DNA from: Patescibacteria group bacterium
GTDB taxonomy: Bacteria > Patescibacteriota > Minisyncoccia > Moranbacterales > UBA2206
Direction of reading: 5' to 3'
Length of the DNA: 48,598 nucleotides
Assembly: GCA_038063775.1 (NCBI GenBank)
Contig: JBBTUK010000008.1
Coordinates: 1 to 48,598 of the forward strand
A model generated the notes under the pieces. It was not told the DNA's origin. It saw nothing but the letters and a program-made list of their open reading frames with translations, and made no database searches. The first letter of the stretch is position 1. Every line of letters begins with the position of its first letter. Below are positions 15,498-25,116 of the stretch, one piece after another. The position numbers and the translations under genes were made by a program.

Positions 15498-16897
15498 TGA
15501 AGCTTGAAGATTTAAAAGGAAAAAAAATTACGGTCATGGGACTGGGGTTGCATGGTGGCGGTGTTGGCACGGTCCACTTTTTGCATTTAGCCGGAGCGCA
15601 AATAACGGTTACGGATCTCAAGTCCAAAGAAGAACTTGCGCCCTCGCTGGAAAAATTGAAAGAATTGAAAGGCATCAAGTATGTTTTAGGCCAACATCGT
15701 CCAGAGGACTTCACGGGGGCTGAAATGGTGATCAAAACACCTCCAGCGCCATGGAGCAATAAATATATAAAGTTAGCGCTGGATAAAAATATCCCGGTAG
15801 AAATAGATGCCAGTCTTTTTTTTAAACTTTGTAAAAATCCGATTATCGGCGTTACTGGTACCAAGGGAAAAACGACTACCGCAACCTTGTTATGCGAAAT
15901 TCTGAAAACCGCCGGAAAAAATCCTTTGAAAGCCGGAATCGGTCAGGTGTCCGTTTTGGATAAGCTAAAAGAACTTAAATCCGACAGCTTGGTGGTTTTT
16001 GAGCTTTCTAGCTGGCGCTTAAGCGCTCTCGGCCGATGTAACTTGAGTCCCAAAATTGCGATCTTAACCAATCTTTATCCGGATCACTTGAATTATTATA
16101 AAACATTTGAGCTGTATTTAAGGGATAAAAAATACATATTCTTAAACCAAAAGCCTGGTGATCTTTGCGTGGTTAACTGGGACGATGAAATTTTAAATAA
16201 ATTGGAACCAGAAATTAAATCTCAGCTAATTAAATTTTCAAAGCAAAAAATTTCCAAAGGCAAGTCAGTCTTTATAAGCGAGGGGGCGATTTATCTGAAT
16301 AACGGCATTGACGAAAAAAAAGTCTTAGAAGTTTCGGAAGTTAAGTTGAAAGGCGAGCATAATTTGTGGAATATTTTGGCCGGTATCGGAGCGGCCTACG
16401 CTCTCGGAATAGATCTGTCTGTTATTCGCAAAACCATCCTCAATTTTAAAAATATTCCCCATCGTCTGGAAATAGTGAGGGAATTAGACGGAATAAAATA
16501 TTATAATGATACGGCAGCTACTATGCCAGAAAGCGCAATTTCCGGGATTAATTCTTTTGAAGAGCCTGTAATCTTAATTTGTGGCGGAGCGGATAAAAAT
16601 TTAGACATGTCTCTTTTGGCGAAGACTATCCGGAAAAAAGTCAAGGGCGTAATATTTTTAAAAGGCATGGCGACAGACAAAATAATGGCGGAAATTAAAA
16701 AAATTATTCCCACGGAAGAAAAGGGCAAAGACTTCACGGTTGTGGAAACTATGGACAAAGCAGTTGAATTGGCGAGAGTTGTCGCCGAAGCGGGAGATGT
16801 GGTTCTGCTTTCGCCCGGCGCGGCGAGCTTCGGCCTTTTCGCTAATGAGTTTGATCGGGGCAATAAGTTCAGGGAGGCAGTAAATAAATTGGTTTAA
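15497..16897 (+). CDS. murD: UDP-N-acetylmuramoylalanine--D-glutamate ligase
   Basis: KKITVMGLGLHGGG and GVTGTKGKTTT P-loop, with Mur ligase middle and C-terminal motifs. GTG is the only in-frame start after the TAA at 15470. Confidence 0.88.
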   Translation: MKLEDLKGKKITVMGLGLHGGGVGTVHFLHLAGAQITVTDLKSKEELAPSLEKLKELKGIKYVLGQHRPEDFTGAEMVIKTPPAPWSNKYIKLALDKNIPVEIDASLFFKLCKNPIIGVTGTKGKTTTATLLCEILKTAGKNPLKAGIGQVSVLDKLKELKSDSLVVFELSSWRLSALGRCNLSPKIAILTNLYPDHLNYYKTFELYLRDKKYIFLNQKPGDLCVVNWDDEILNKLEPEIKSQLIKFSKQKISKGKSVFISEGAIYLNNGIDEKKVLEVSEVKLKGEHNLWNILAGIGAAYALGIDLSVIRKTILNFKNIPHRLEIVRELDGIKYYNDTAATMPESAISGINSFEEPVILICGGADKNLDMSLLAKTIRKKVKGVIFLKGMATDKIMAEIKKIIPTEEKGKDFTVVETMDKAVELARVVAEAGDVVLLSPGAASFGLFANEFDRGNKFREAVNKLV

Positions 16898-16980
16898 TCT
16901 GAGTTTCTTCTTAAATCTCTTCAAAAGCCACTAAGCTACTTCCTTGATTTTTAATCACTAAAATTTGAATCAGACAAAAA

Positions 16981-18672
<1,692 letters not shown>

Positions 18673-18687
18673 TTAAAGATTAAAATT

Positions 18688-18963
18688 TTATTTAACAATC
18701 GCCAAAATATCTTCGTTTTTCAGAATGACATATTTTTTGTCGCTGACTTTGATGTCAGTTCCGCCATAGCGTTTGTAAATAACCGTTTGGCCTTTTTTTA
18801 CTTTGATTTCCAAGTTGTCTCCGGTCGCAATCACTTTGCCTTCTTGGGGAGTTTCGCCGGAGGCGGCGTCCGGCAGATAAATGCCTTGCGCGGTCTTCTT
18901 TTTAGCTTCTTGCGGTTCAATCAGCACATTATCATCCAGTGGCTCGATGCTTGTCTTTCCCAT
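18688..18963 (-). CDS. groS: Co-chaperonin GroES (Cpn10)
   Basis: 91 aa. The pattern L.DNVLIEP...KTAQGIYLPD...G.V.A.G is typical of GroES. It lies directly upstream of groEL. Confidence 0.95.
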   Translation of the reverse strand: MGKTSIEPLDDNVLIEPQEAKKKTAQGIYLPDAASGETPQEGKVIATGDNLEIKVKKGQTVIYKRYGGTDIKVSDKKYVILKNEDILAIVK

Positions 18964-19124
18964 ATGTTTGTGAAGAAAAATAATTAATAATTAGCGAAGG
19001 TAATTTTTGCTCAAGGACGGCTAAAGCGATAAATAAAGGAAAATATTACTACGCCGGAAAAAAAGGCGGAGATTTCCGTAAATTGCCGAAGAAAAAATCG
19101 GAAAAATTTCGGAAATTTTTATTC

Positions 19125-19201
19125 TGGTGGGCATATCTGGATTCGAACCAGAGACCTCGTCATTATCAGTGACGCGCTCTAACCAACTGAGCTATATGCC
19201 C
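19125..19201 (-). tRNA. tRNA-Ile (anticodon GAT), CCA encoded
   Basis: The reverse complement, GGGCATATAGCTCAGTTGGTTAGAGCGCGTCACTGATAATGACGAGGTCTCTGGTTCGAATCCAGATATGCCCACCA, folds into a perfect cloverleaf. Confidence 0.95.
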
Positions 19202-19212
19202 GTATGGACTTG

Positions 19213-19285
19213 TGGACCCTAGGGGATTCGAACTCCTGACCTCCTCGGTGCAAACGAGGCGCTCTACCAACTAAGCTAAGGGCCC
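19213..19285 (-). tRNA. tRNA-Ala (anticodon TGC), CCA not encoded
   Basis: The reverse complement, GGGCCCTTAGCTTAGTTGGTAGAGCGCCTCGTTTGCACCGAGGAGGTCAGGAGTTCGAATCCCCTAGGGTCCA, has the G3:U70 identity pair and one A-C mismatch in the T stem. Confidence 0.88.
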
Positions 19286-19327
19286 TCTTTTGACGACTAG
19301 AGCCCAGTATACAGGAAAAAAAATAAC

Positions 19328-19356
19328 TTGACAAGATTCTCAGCACTATATACTAT
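19328..19356 (+). promoter_or_regulatory. Sigma70-like promoter for secE-nusG (TTGACA-N17-TACTAT)
   Basis: TTGACA at 19328-19333 and TACTAT at 19351-19356. A small AAAGCC/GGCTTT hairpin follows at ~19367-19386. Confidence 0.5.
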
Positions 19357-19400
19357 TAGTATATATAAAAGCCCCAAAGGCTTTTTAAAAAACCCTCATT

Positions 19401-19586
19401 ATGGATAAAATCACTCAATTTTTAAAAGAAGCCAAAGCGGAGCTCTTGAAAGTAAATTGGCCGTCAAAAAACCAAACAATAAATTACACATTGATAGTAA
19501 TTGGCATCAGTATCGCTGTCGCCATTTTTCTCGGCGGATTAGATTATTTTTTTGAATACTTATTAAAAACATTTATAATAAAATAA
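19401..19586 (+). CDS. secE: Preprotein translocase subunit SecE
   Basis: 61 aa with ELLKVNWPS followed by a single TM helix. Conserved position upstream of nusG. Confidence 0.85.
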   Translation: MDKITQFLKEAKAELLKVNWPSKNQTINYTLIVIGISIAVAIFLGGLDYFFEYLLKTFIIK

Positions 19587-19587
19587 A

Positions 19588-20133
19588 ATGGCAAAGCAAA
19601 CACAACATCACGGACGCGCTTGGTATGTGATTCACACCTATTCAGGCTATGAAGACAATGTTGCTCGGAATTTGAAACAAAGGATTGAATCGATGGATAT
19701 GCAAAATGCGATTTTTGACGTGATGGTTCCGGTAGAAAAAAAAATAAAAATCAAAGCCGGCAAAAGAAATGTCGTTGAAGAAAAAATATATCCCGGATAC
19801 GTCTTGGTGGAGATGATAGTGACGGACGCTTCCTGGTACGTAGTCCGAAACACGCCCAATGTCACGGGATTTATCGGACTCGGAACTACCCCGACCCCGG
19901 TTGATCCAGCGGAAATCGAAGCGCTCAAAAAAAGAATGGGCATGGCAGAACCCAAATACAAGATTGACGTAAGGCCAGGCGATTCGGTCAAGATAATCGA
20001 CGGACCGTTTAAGGATTTTGACGGGAAGGTGGATGATGTTGATGAAGAAAAGGGCAAGATAAAAGTGCTGGTTTCCATATTCGGGCGGGAAACTCCCGTA
20101 GAATTAGACTTTTTGCAGATTAACAAGATATAA
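19588..20133 (+). CDS. nusG: Transcription termination/antitermination factor NusG
   Basis: WYVIHTYSGYE start, an NGN domain and a C-terminal KOW (GDSVKIIDGPFKDFDGKV). Confidence 0.95.
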   Translation: MAKQTQHHGRAWYVIHTYSGYEDNVARNLKQRIESMDMQNAIFDVMVPVEKKIKIKAGKRNVVEEKIYPGYVLVEMIVTDASWYVVRNTPNVTGFIGLGTTPTPVDPAEIEALKKRMGMAEPKYKIDVRPGDSVKIIDGPFKDFDGKVDDVDEEKGKIKVLVSIFGRETPVELDFLQINKI

Positions 20134-20142
20134 TTTAATTCA

Positions 20143-20267
20143 AAAATCAAAAATCAAAAGTCAAAATTTTGGTGTTCGCTTCGCTCGCGATTATTTTATA
20201 AAAAGTCATGGCGAAGTCATTCCTTAATTTTGTATTTTGAGATTTGCATTTTGATTTTAGCGAAGCG
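20143..20267 (+). promoter_or_regulatory. Structured AT-rich leader upstream of rplK (possible L11-operon regulatory RNA or dispersed repeat)
   Basis: CGCTTCGCT (20177-20185) is the exact complement of AGCGAAGCG (20259-20267), 4 nt before the rplK ATG. AT-rich arms at 20143-20167 and 20228-20258 are partly complementary. Confidence 0.3.
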
Positions 20268-20270
20268 CAT

Positions 20271-20693
20271 ATGGCAAAGAAAATCAAGACAGTTATAAAA
20301 TTACAAATCCAAGCCGGAAAGGCTACTCCCACTCCTCCGGTTGGGCCGGCTTTAGGCCAGCACGGAGTGAATATTCAAGAATTTTGTGTGAAATTCAACG
20401 AAGCGACCAAGGATAAAATGGGAGACATCATTCCGGCCGAAATTACCGTTTATGAGGACAGAACTTTTATTTTTATCCTAAAAACTCCTCCTGCGTCGGA
20501 TTTGCTTAGAAAAGCAGCTGGCATTGAAAAAGGAGCAGCTAATGCCCTCAAAGACAAGGCTGGAAAAATTACTAAAGCCCAGCTCAAAGAAATCGCGGAG
20601 AAGAAAATGCCGGATCTCAATGCAAATGACGTGGAAGCGGCGATGAAAATAATCGCCGGTACAGCAAGGAGTATGGGGATTAAGATAGAGTAA
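20271..20693 (+). CDS. rplK: 50S ribosomal protein L11
   Basis: [34 protein letters not shown] is canonical L11. Confidence 0.97.
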   Translation: MAKKIKTVIKLQIQAGKATPTPPVGPALGQHGVNIQEFCVKFNEATKDKMGDIIPAEITVYEDRTFIFILKTPPASDLLRKAAGIEKGAANALKDKAGKITKAQLKEIAEKKMPDLNANDVEAAMKIIAGTARSMGIKIE

Positions 20694-20746
20694 TAATTTA
20701 TTTGTGGGAGTCCCGAGCACTCGGGACGCTATAACCACGAAAATAT

Positions 20747-21418
20747 ATGAAACACGGAAAAAAATACCGGTCGGCAATTGAAAAAGTCAACCGGAATAAA
20801 GCCTACCTAATCGAAGAGGCTGTCAAATTCATAAAAGAGAACAAATCCACCAAATTTGACGAGTCGGTAGAAATCCACATCAAGACCAATATTGATTCAA
20901 AGAAGAGCGACCAATCTGTGAGAGGCACAGTAGTTTTGCCTTATGGGACGGGAAAAGCCAAGAAAATCGCGGTTATAACTTCCACTAGCGTCGCGGAAGC
21001 CAAAGAGGCAGGAGCTGATATCGTGGGCGGGGAAGAGTTGATCGACAAGATAAGTAAAAAAATAAATTTTGATGTTTTGGTGGCTACTCCGGAAATGATG
21101 CCAAAATTGGCAAAAGTAGCCAAGATTCTGGGACCCAAAGGGCTGATGCCTAATCCGAAAACGGAAACGGTTACAATGAAAATAAGAGAAACTGTTGAGG
21201 CTCTGAAAAAAGGAAAAGCCGCTTTCAAAAACGATGATACTGGAAACATTCATCAGATTATCGGGAAAGTTTCGTTTGAGGAAAATAAATTGTCCGAAAA
21301 TATCAAGACTTTTTTGGAGAGCGTCAGTAAAGTTAAGCCAGCCGGACTCAAGGGGAAGCTCGTCTCCAGCGCCACTATTTGTTCAACGATGGGTCCCGGA
21401 ATAAAGATCAGTGTATAG
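20747..21418 (+). CDS. rplA: 50S ribosomal protein L1
   Basis: KHGKKYR start, DQSVRGTVVLPYGTGK and LGPKGLMPNPK motifs. Confidence 0.97.
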   Translation: MKHGKKYRSAIEKVNRNKAYLIEEAVKFIKENKSTKFDESVEIHIKTNIDSKKSDQSVRGTVVLPYGTGKAKKIAVITSTSVAEAKEAGADIVGGEELIDKISKKINFDVLVATPEMMPKLAKVAKILGPKGLMPNPKTETVTMKIRETVEALKKGKAAFKNDDTGNIHQIIGKVSFEENKLSENIKTFLESVSKVKPAGLKGKLVSSATICSTMGPGIKISV

Positions 21419-21438
21419 TGTATAAAGAAAACTGCCGA

Positions 21439-21467
21439 CCCCTCCCTTCGCGAAGGGAGGGGTTTTT
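21439..21467 (+). terminator. Rho-independent terminator after rplA
   Basis: CCCCTCCCTT-CGCG-AAGGGAGGGG followed by TTTTT. Confidence 0.88.
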
Positions 21468-21540
21468 GACGCCTAATTTAAAAAATAGTAGAATTGAATA
21501 ACCAGGCAATTATTAATTATTGATATAAAAAAAGAAACAT

Positions 21541-22050
21541 ATGGAATCCGAAAAATGTAAAAGGCCATCCTGGGATCAGTATTTTATTAATATACTTGAG
21601 GTTGTTGGAACAAGAAGCACTTGCGATCGTGGGAAAAGTGGATGCGTCATCACCAAAGATAAGCGTATTCTCGCAACAGGTTATATTGGATCGCCAGTGG
21701 GAACAGTTCATTGTGATGACGCTGGTCACGAGATGCACACAGTGGTTCACGCTGACAATCATGAGTCAAGGCATTGTATTAGGACGGCTCATGCTGAACA
21801 GAACGCTATCGTTTCGGCTGCCAGATTTGGCATTGCGCTTGAAGGGGCGAGTCTTTATTGTCACATGACACCCTGTTATGCTTGTGCAAAAATGATTATT
21901 AATGCGGGAATAAAAAGAGTTGTGTGTAATATGGATTATCATGCGGGAGAAAGAAGCAAGGAGATTTTCAAAGAAGCCGGAACACAATACGAATTAGTAA
22001 ATGACGTAATGACGGAATACGCGGATATGGGCGGTAAAAATAAAAAATAG
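21541..22050 (+). CDS. dCMP (deoxycytidylate) deaminase
   Basis: HAEQNAI and PCYACAKMI zinc-binding motifs of the ComEB/dCMP deaminase family. Confidence 0.88.
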   Translation: MESEKCKRPSWDQYFINILEVVGTRSTCDRGKSGCVITKDKRILATGYIGSPVGTVHCDDAGHEMHTVVHADNHESRHCIRTAHAEQNAIVSAARFGIALEGASLYCHMTPCYACAKMIINAGIKRVVCNMDYHAGERSKEIFKEAGTQYELVNDVMTEYADMGGKNKK

Positions 22051-22065
22051 TTTAAAAATATTAAT

Positions 22066-22617
22066 ATGCAAAGAAAAATCATAGCAATACTTGGCTTACC
22101 AGGTTCCGGAAAAACCGAAGTTATAAATTATTTAATGGAAAAATTTAAGTGGCCTAAAGTTTATTTTGGGGATGTTGTTTTTGATGAACTGAAAATAAGG
22201 GGACTGGATATAAATGAAAAAAATGAAAGAATAGTGCGCGAAGATTTACGAAACAAATTCGGAAGATTGCACTTCGCAGGTAAAATAATTGAAAAAATAG
22301 GAAACATTAGGGACGATGCGAATATTTTAGTTGAAAGTTTATATGATTGGCAGGAATATCTGTTTTTTAAAGAAAAGTTTAGAGAAGACTTTATAGCTAT
22401 AGCAGTTTATGCTTCCCCAAAAACTAGATATGAAAGGCTTGGAAAGCGAAAAATAAGGCCACTAACTCTAGGAGAGGCGCAGGGCAGGGACCATGCGCAA
22501 ATAGAAAATATTTTTCAAGCTGGACCTATAGCGATGGCAAACTATACTGTGGACAATGAGGAAACTTTTGAATATCTATACAAACAAATTGACGAAATTA
22601 TCAACAAAATAAAGTAA
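22066..22617 (+). CDS. P-loop nucleoside/nucleotide kinase-like protein
   Basis: Walker A ILGLPGSGKT at the N-terminus. ~180 aa, the size of small (d)NMP / dephospho-CoA-type kinases. Specificity is not inferable. Confidence 0.55.
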   Translation: MQRKIIAILGLPGSGKTEVINYLMEKFKWPKVYFGDVVFDELKIRGLDINEKNERIVREDLRNKFGRLHFAGKIIEKIGNIRDDANILVESLYDWQEYLFFKEKFREDFIAIAVYASPKTRYERLGKRKIRPLTLGEAQGRDHAQIENIFQAGPIAMANYTVDNEETFEYLYKQIDEIINKIK

Positions 22618-22622
22618 AATTT

Positions 22623-23915
22623 ATGGCAAAAATTTTTGTCTATGACGAATTCGGTCCTCAAGATGTGGCTATGATGCAAGCCCTTTATTCCAGAAGCCCG
22701 GAAAGCGTCGAGGTGCATGCGGAAAAAGTCAAGCAGTCCGGATCAGGCAAATTTATGGAAAAGTTTTATGTCGGCTACGGGCATATGAGTATTGCTGACT
22801 GCGGCAGCACGACCCTTTTCATCGAAGGCATAAGCATTCTAGCCGACAAGGCCATCCAGGACTGGCCGCTTTATTCGGGTCAGGAAACCAGCACTCGTTA
22901 CATCGATATGTCTAAGCAGGCGATTATCGACCCCGTGGGTACACCTGAATCCAAAGCTATTCTCAACCGCTGGATGGAGTTCTATACTGGTAATCGTGAA
23001 CGAATGGAGATGTATTTAAAAGAAAAATATCCCAAGAAACCGGACGAGGATGAAGCGGTTTATGGCAAAGCCATAAAGGCGCGGGCTTTTGACAGCCTCA
23101 GAGGATTCTTGCCGGCTGGCATCACGACGCAGCTTAGTTGGCACACCAATCTACGCCAAGCCTGGGATAAGTTATCCTATCTTCGCCACAATCCGGCAAA
23201 AGAAGTGAGAGAAATAGCCGAAGAAATGCTTTTGAAACTCAAAGAAAAATATGCCCATAGTTTCAGTCATGTGCTTATCCCGGAGCAGGAAAATTACCGC
23301 GAATATGCCTCAAAAAATTATTATTATTTCAATCCGGAAGCGTCGTTGGATTTTTCCTTCGAGACTAATATTGAAAGAAAAGAGCTGGAACAATACCAGG
23401 ACATTATCAACAATCGTCCGGAAAAAACCGGGTTGCCGCATTTTTTAACGGAGTTGGGAAATGCCAAATTTGATTTTCTTTTGGATTTCGGATCGTTTCG
23501 CGATATCCAGCGTCACAGGAACGGTGTTTGCCGGATGCCCCTGCTTACGACTAAGCGCGGATTTAATTCTTGGTACCTGGAACAGCTGCCTGACGACTTG
23601 CGAGAAGCCGCTAAAAAATTAATTAAGGAACAAGCCGAATCCATAGGAAGGCTTGCGACAAATGAAATTGAAAGACAGTATTACATCGCGCTAGGCTTTA
23701 ATGTGGCTTGTCGGGTTTCTTATGGCCTTCCAGCCACAGTTTATGTTACTGAACTGCGCTCAGGGCGACCCGTCCATCCGACTCTCAGAAAAATTGCCTT
23801 AAGAATGCACGATGCACTTCGGGAAAAATTTCCGAATCTAAAATTAAATTGCGATCTTAATCCGGACGACTGGGACATCCGCCGGGGGCTTCAGGACATA
23901 ACCGAGAAAAAATAA
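22623..23915 (+). CDS. Long two-module ThyX-like (FAD-dependent thymidylate synthase family) protein
   Basis: The first module has ThyX-like ...SGQETSTRYI and ARAFDSLRGFLPAGITTQLSWHTNLRQ...EVREIAEEM, but DWPL where RHR is expected. The second module carries FRDIQRHRNG. Confidence 0.55.
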   Translation: MAKIFVYDEFGPQDVAMMQALYSRSPESVEVHAEKVKQSGSGKFMEKFYVGYGHMSIADCGSTTLFIEGISILADKAIQDWPLYSGQETSTRYIDMSKQAIIDPVGTPESKAILNRWMEFYTGNRERMEMYLKEKYPKKPDEDEAVYGKAIKARAFDSLRGFLPAGITTQLSWHTNLRQAWDKLSYLRHNPAKEVREIAEEMLLKLKEKYAHSFSHVLIPEQENYREYASKNYYYFNPEASLDFSFETNIERKELEQYQDIINNRPEKTGLPHFLTELGNAKFDFLLDFGSFRDIQRHRNGVCRMPLLTTKRGFNSWYLEQLPDDLREAAKKLIKEQAESIGRLATNEIERQYYIALGFNVACRVSYGLPATVYVTELRSGRPVHPTLRKIALRMHDALREKFPNLKLNCDLNPDDWDIRRGLQDITEKK

Positions 23916-23924
23916 TTAAACCAA

Positions 23925-24614
23925 ATGAAAAAAGGCAAGTTCATCGTTATTGACGGAACAGACGGCAGCGGGAAAGCGACGCAGACAAAATTGCTGGTGG
24001 ATAAACTTAAGAAAAACGACCATAAGGTCAAAACTGTTGATTTCCCCCAGTATGAAAATAATTTTTTCGGTAAAATTGTCGGCCGGTATCTGGCCGGGGA
24101 ATTCGGCGGTGCTTCATCGGTGAGTCCGTATCTGGCTTCGGTTCTATACGCCGCCGATAGATTTGAAACTAAAGAAAAAATTGAAAAGTGGCTGAAAAAC
24201 GGAAATGTTGTTATTGCTGATCGATATGCCAGCTCAAATCAAATTCATCAGGGCGGCAAAATCAGGGACCCTAAAAAAAGAAAGGAATTTCTGAATTGGC
24301 TGGAAGAAATGGAATACAAAGTATTTAAAATTCCGCGGCCGGATGTCAGCATCTATTTAGATGTTCCGATAGAATTCAGTCTCAAGCTTCTTAAGAATAA
24401 ATCAGCGCAAGAACGCAAAAAATATCTGAAAGGCAAAAAAGATATCCATGAAAGTGACCGAAAACATCTGCAAGACGCAAAAAACAGCGCCATAAAGCTG
24501 GTTGAGAGGAATAATAACTGGATAAAAATAGATTGCGTTAAAAAAGGGAAACTTCTGGCAATTGCTGATATAAGCCAAATTATCTGGTCAAAAATAGGAA
24601 AAGTTCTGTCTTGA
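23925..24614 (+). CDS. tmk: Thymidylate kinase
   Basis: FIVIDGTDGSGKATQ P-loop, DRY-type motif (ADRYASS) and a lid region. Confidence 0.9.
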   Translation: MKKGKFIVIDGTDGSGKATQTKLLVDKLKKNDHKVKTVDFPQYENNFFGKIVGRYLAGEFGGASSVSPYLASVLYAADRFETKEKIEKWLKNGNVVIADRYASSNQIHQGGKIRDPKKRKEFLNWLEEMEYKVFKIPRPDVSIYLDVPIEFSLKLLKNKSAQERKKYLKGKKDIHESDRKHLQDAKNSAIKLVERNNNWIKIDCVKKGKLLAIADISQIIWSKIGKVLS

Positions 24615-24639
24615 CTTAGTTTTTAACAAGTAGTATAAT
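24611..24639 (+). promoter_or_regulatory. Near-consensus sigma70 promoter (TTGACT-N17-TATAAT) at the left edge of the metal island
   Basis: TTGACT at 24611-24616 overlaps the tmk stop. TATAAT at 24634-24639. The spacer is exactly 17 nt. Confidence 0.6.
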
Positions 24640-24663
24640 TCAGTCCAGATTAGGGTTCTGCCT

Positions 24664-25035
24664 ATGGAAAAGTCATCTTTAAATAAAATTTCGAAAATAA
24701 TACTTTTGTTTTTAGCCGTGACCCTCATCGGCAGTTTTTGTTTTCAGATCGCTTCAGCCAGTCATAACCATGGCGCGGTGATGCAAAATTTTTCCACGTC
24801 CGGCGGCTCTGCTAAAAATATGATGCCTTGCTGCGAAGAGAATACTAACCACCTGGCGCTTTCCGATCTGCCATCGACAAAAAACCCCTTGCAGTTCATG
24901 AGTCTAATTCTTTTAGTTTTTGCATCAGTAGGCCTAGTTCTGTCTCCAAACATATTTTCCAATTTCGCGTATTCTTTTTCTTCTTTGGCCCCTCCCGGGC
25001 CGGATCTTCTGTTGACGGTTGTCAAAAAAGAGTAA
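24664..25035 (+). CDS. Small two-TM membrane protein with a His/Met/Cys-rich loop (SHNHGAVM...NMMPCCEENTNH)
   Basis: ORF with an N-terminal and a C-terminal hydrophobic helix. It has its own promoter and terminator. No family recognised. Confidence 0.55.
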   Translation: MEKSSLNKISKIILLFLAVTLIGSFCFQIASASHNHGAVMQNFSTSGGSAKNMMPCCEENTNHLALSDLPSTKNPLQFMSLILLVFASVGLVLSPNIFSNFAYSFSSLAPPGPDLLLTVVKKE

Positions 25036-25045
25036 ATTTTTCCTA

Positions 25046-25078
25046 AATCCTCAGCAATCGGATGAGTGAGGATTTTTT
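25046..25078 (+). terminator. Rho-independent terminator
   Basis: AATCCTCA (25046-25053) pairs with TGAGGATT (25067-25074), followed by a T run. Confidence 0.7.
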
Positions 25079-25116
25079 AGTTTACTCCTTAACCAACATT
25101 CAACTGAAATCCATTC

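Noticed and set aside
18991-19024. CIRCE-like HrcA operator upstream of groES (TTAGCGAAG ... GACGGCTAA)
   Set aside because: The half-sites match poorly and the spacing is 16 nt instead of 9. It is not a credible TTAGCACTC-N9-GAGTGCTAA element.
19367-19386. AAAAGCC-CCAAA-GGCTTTT hairpin between the secE promoter and the secE ATG, considered as a terminator or attenuator
   Set aside because: The stem is mostly A-U with only three G-C pairs and is followed by an A-run rather than a T-run on the plus strand. That is too weak to call.
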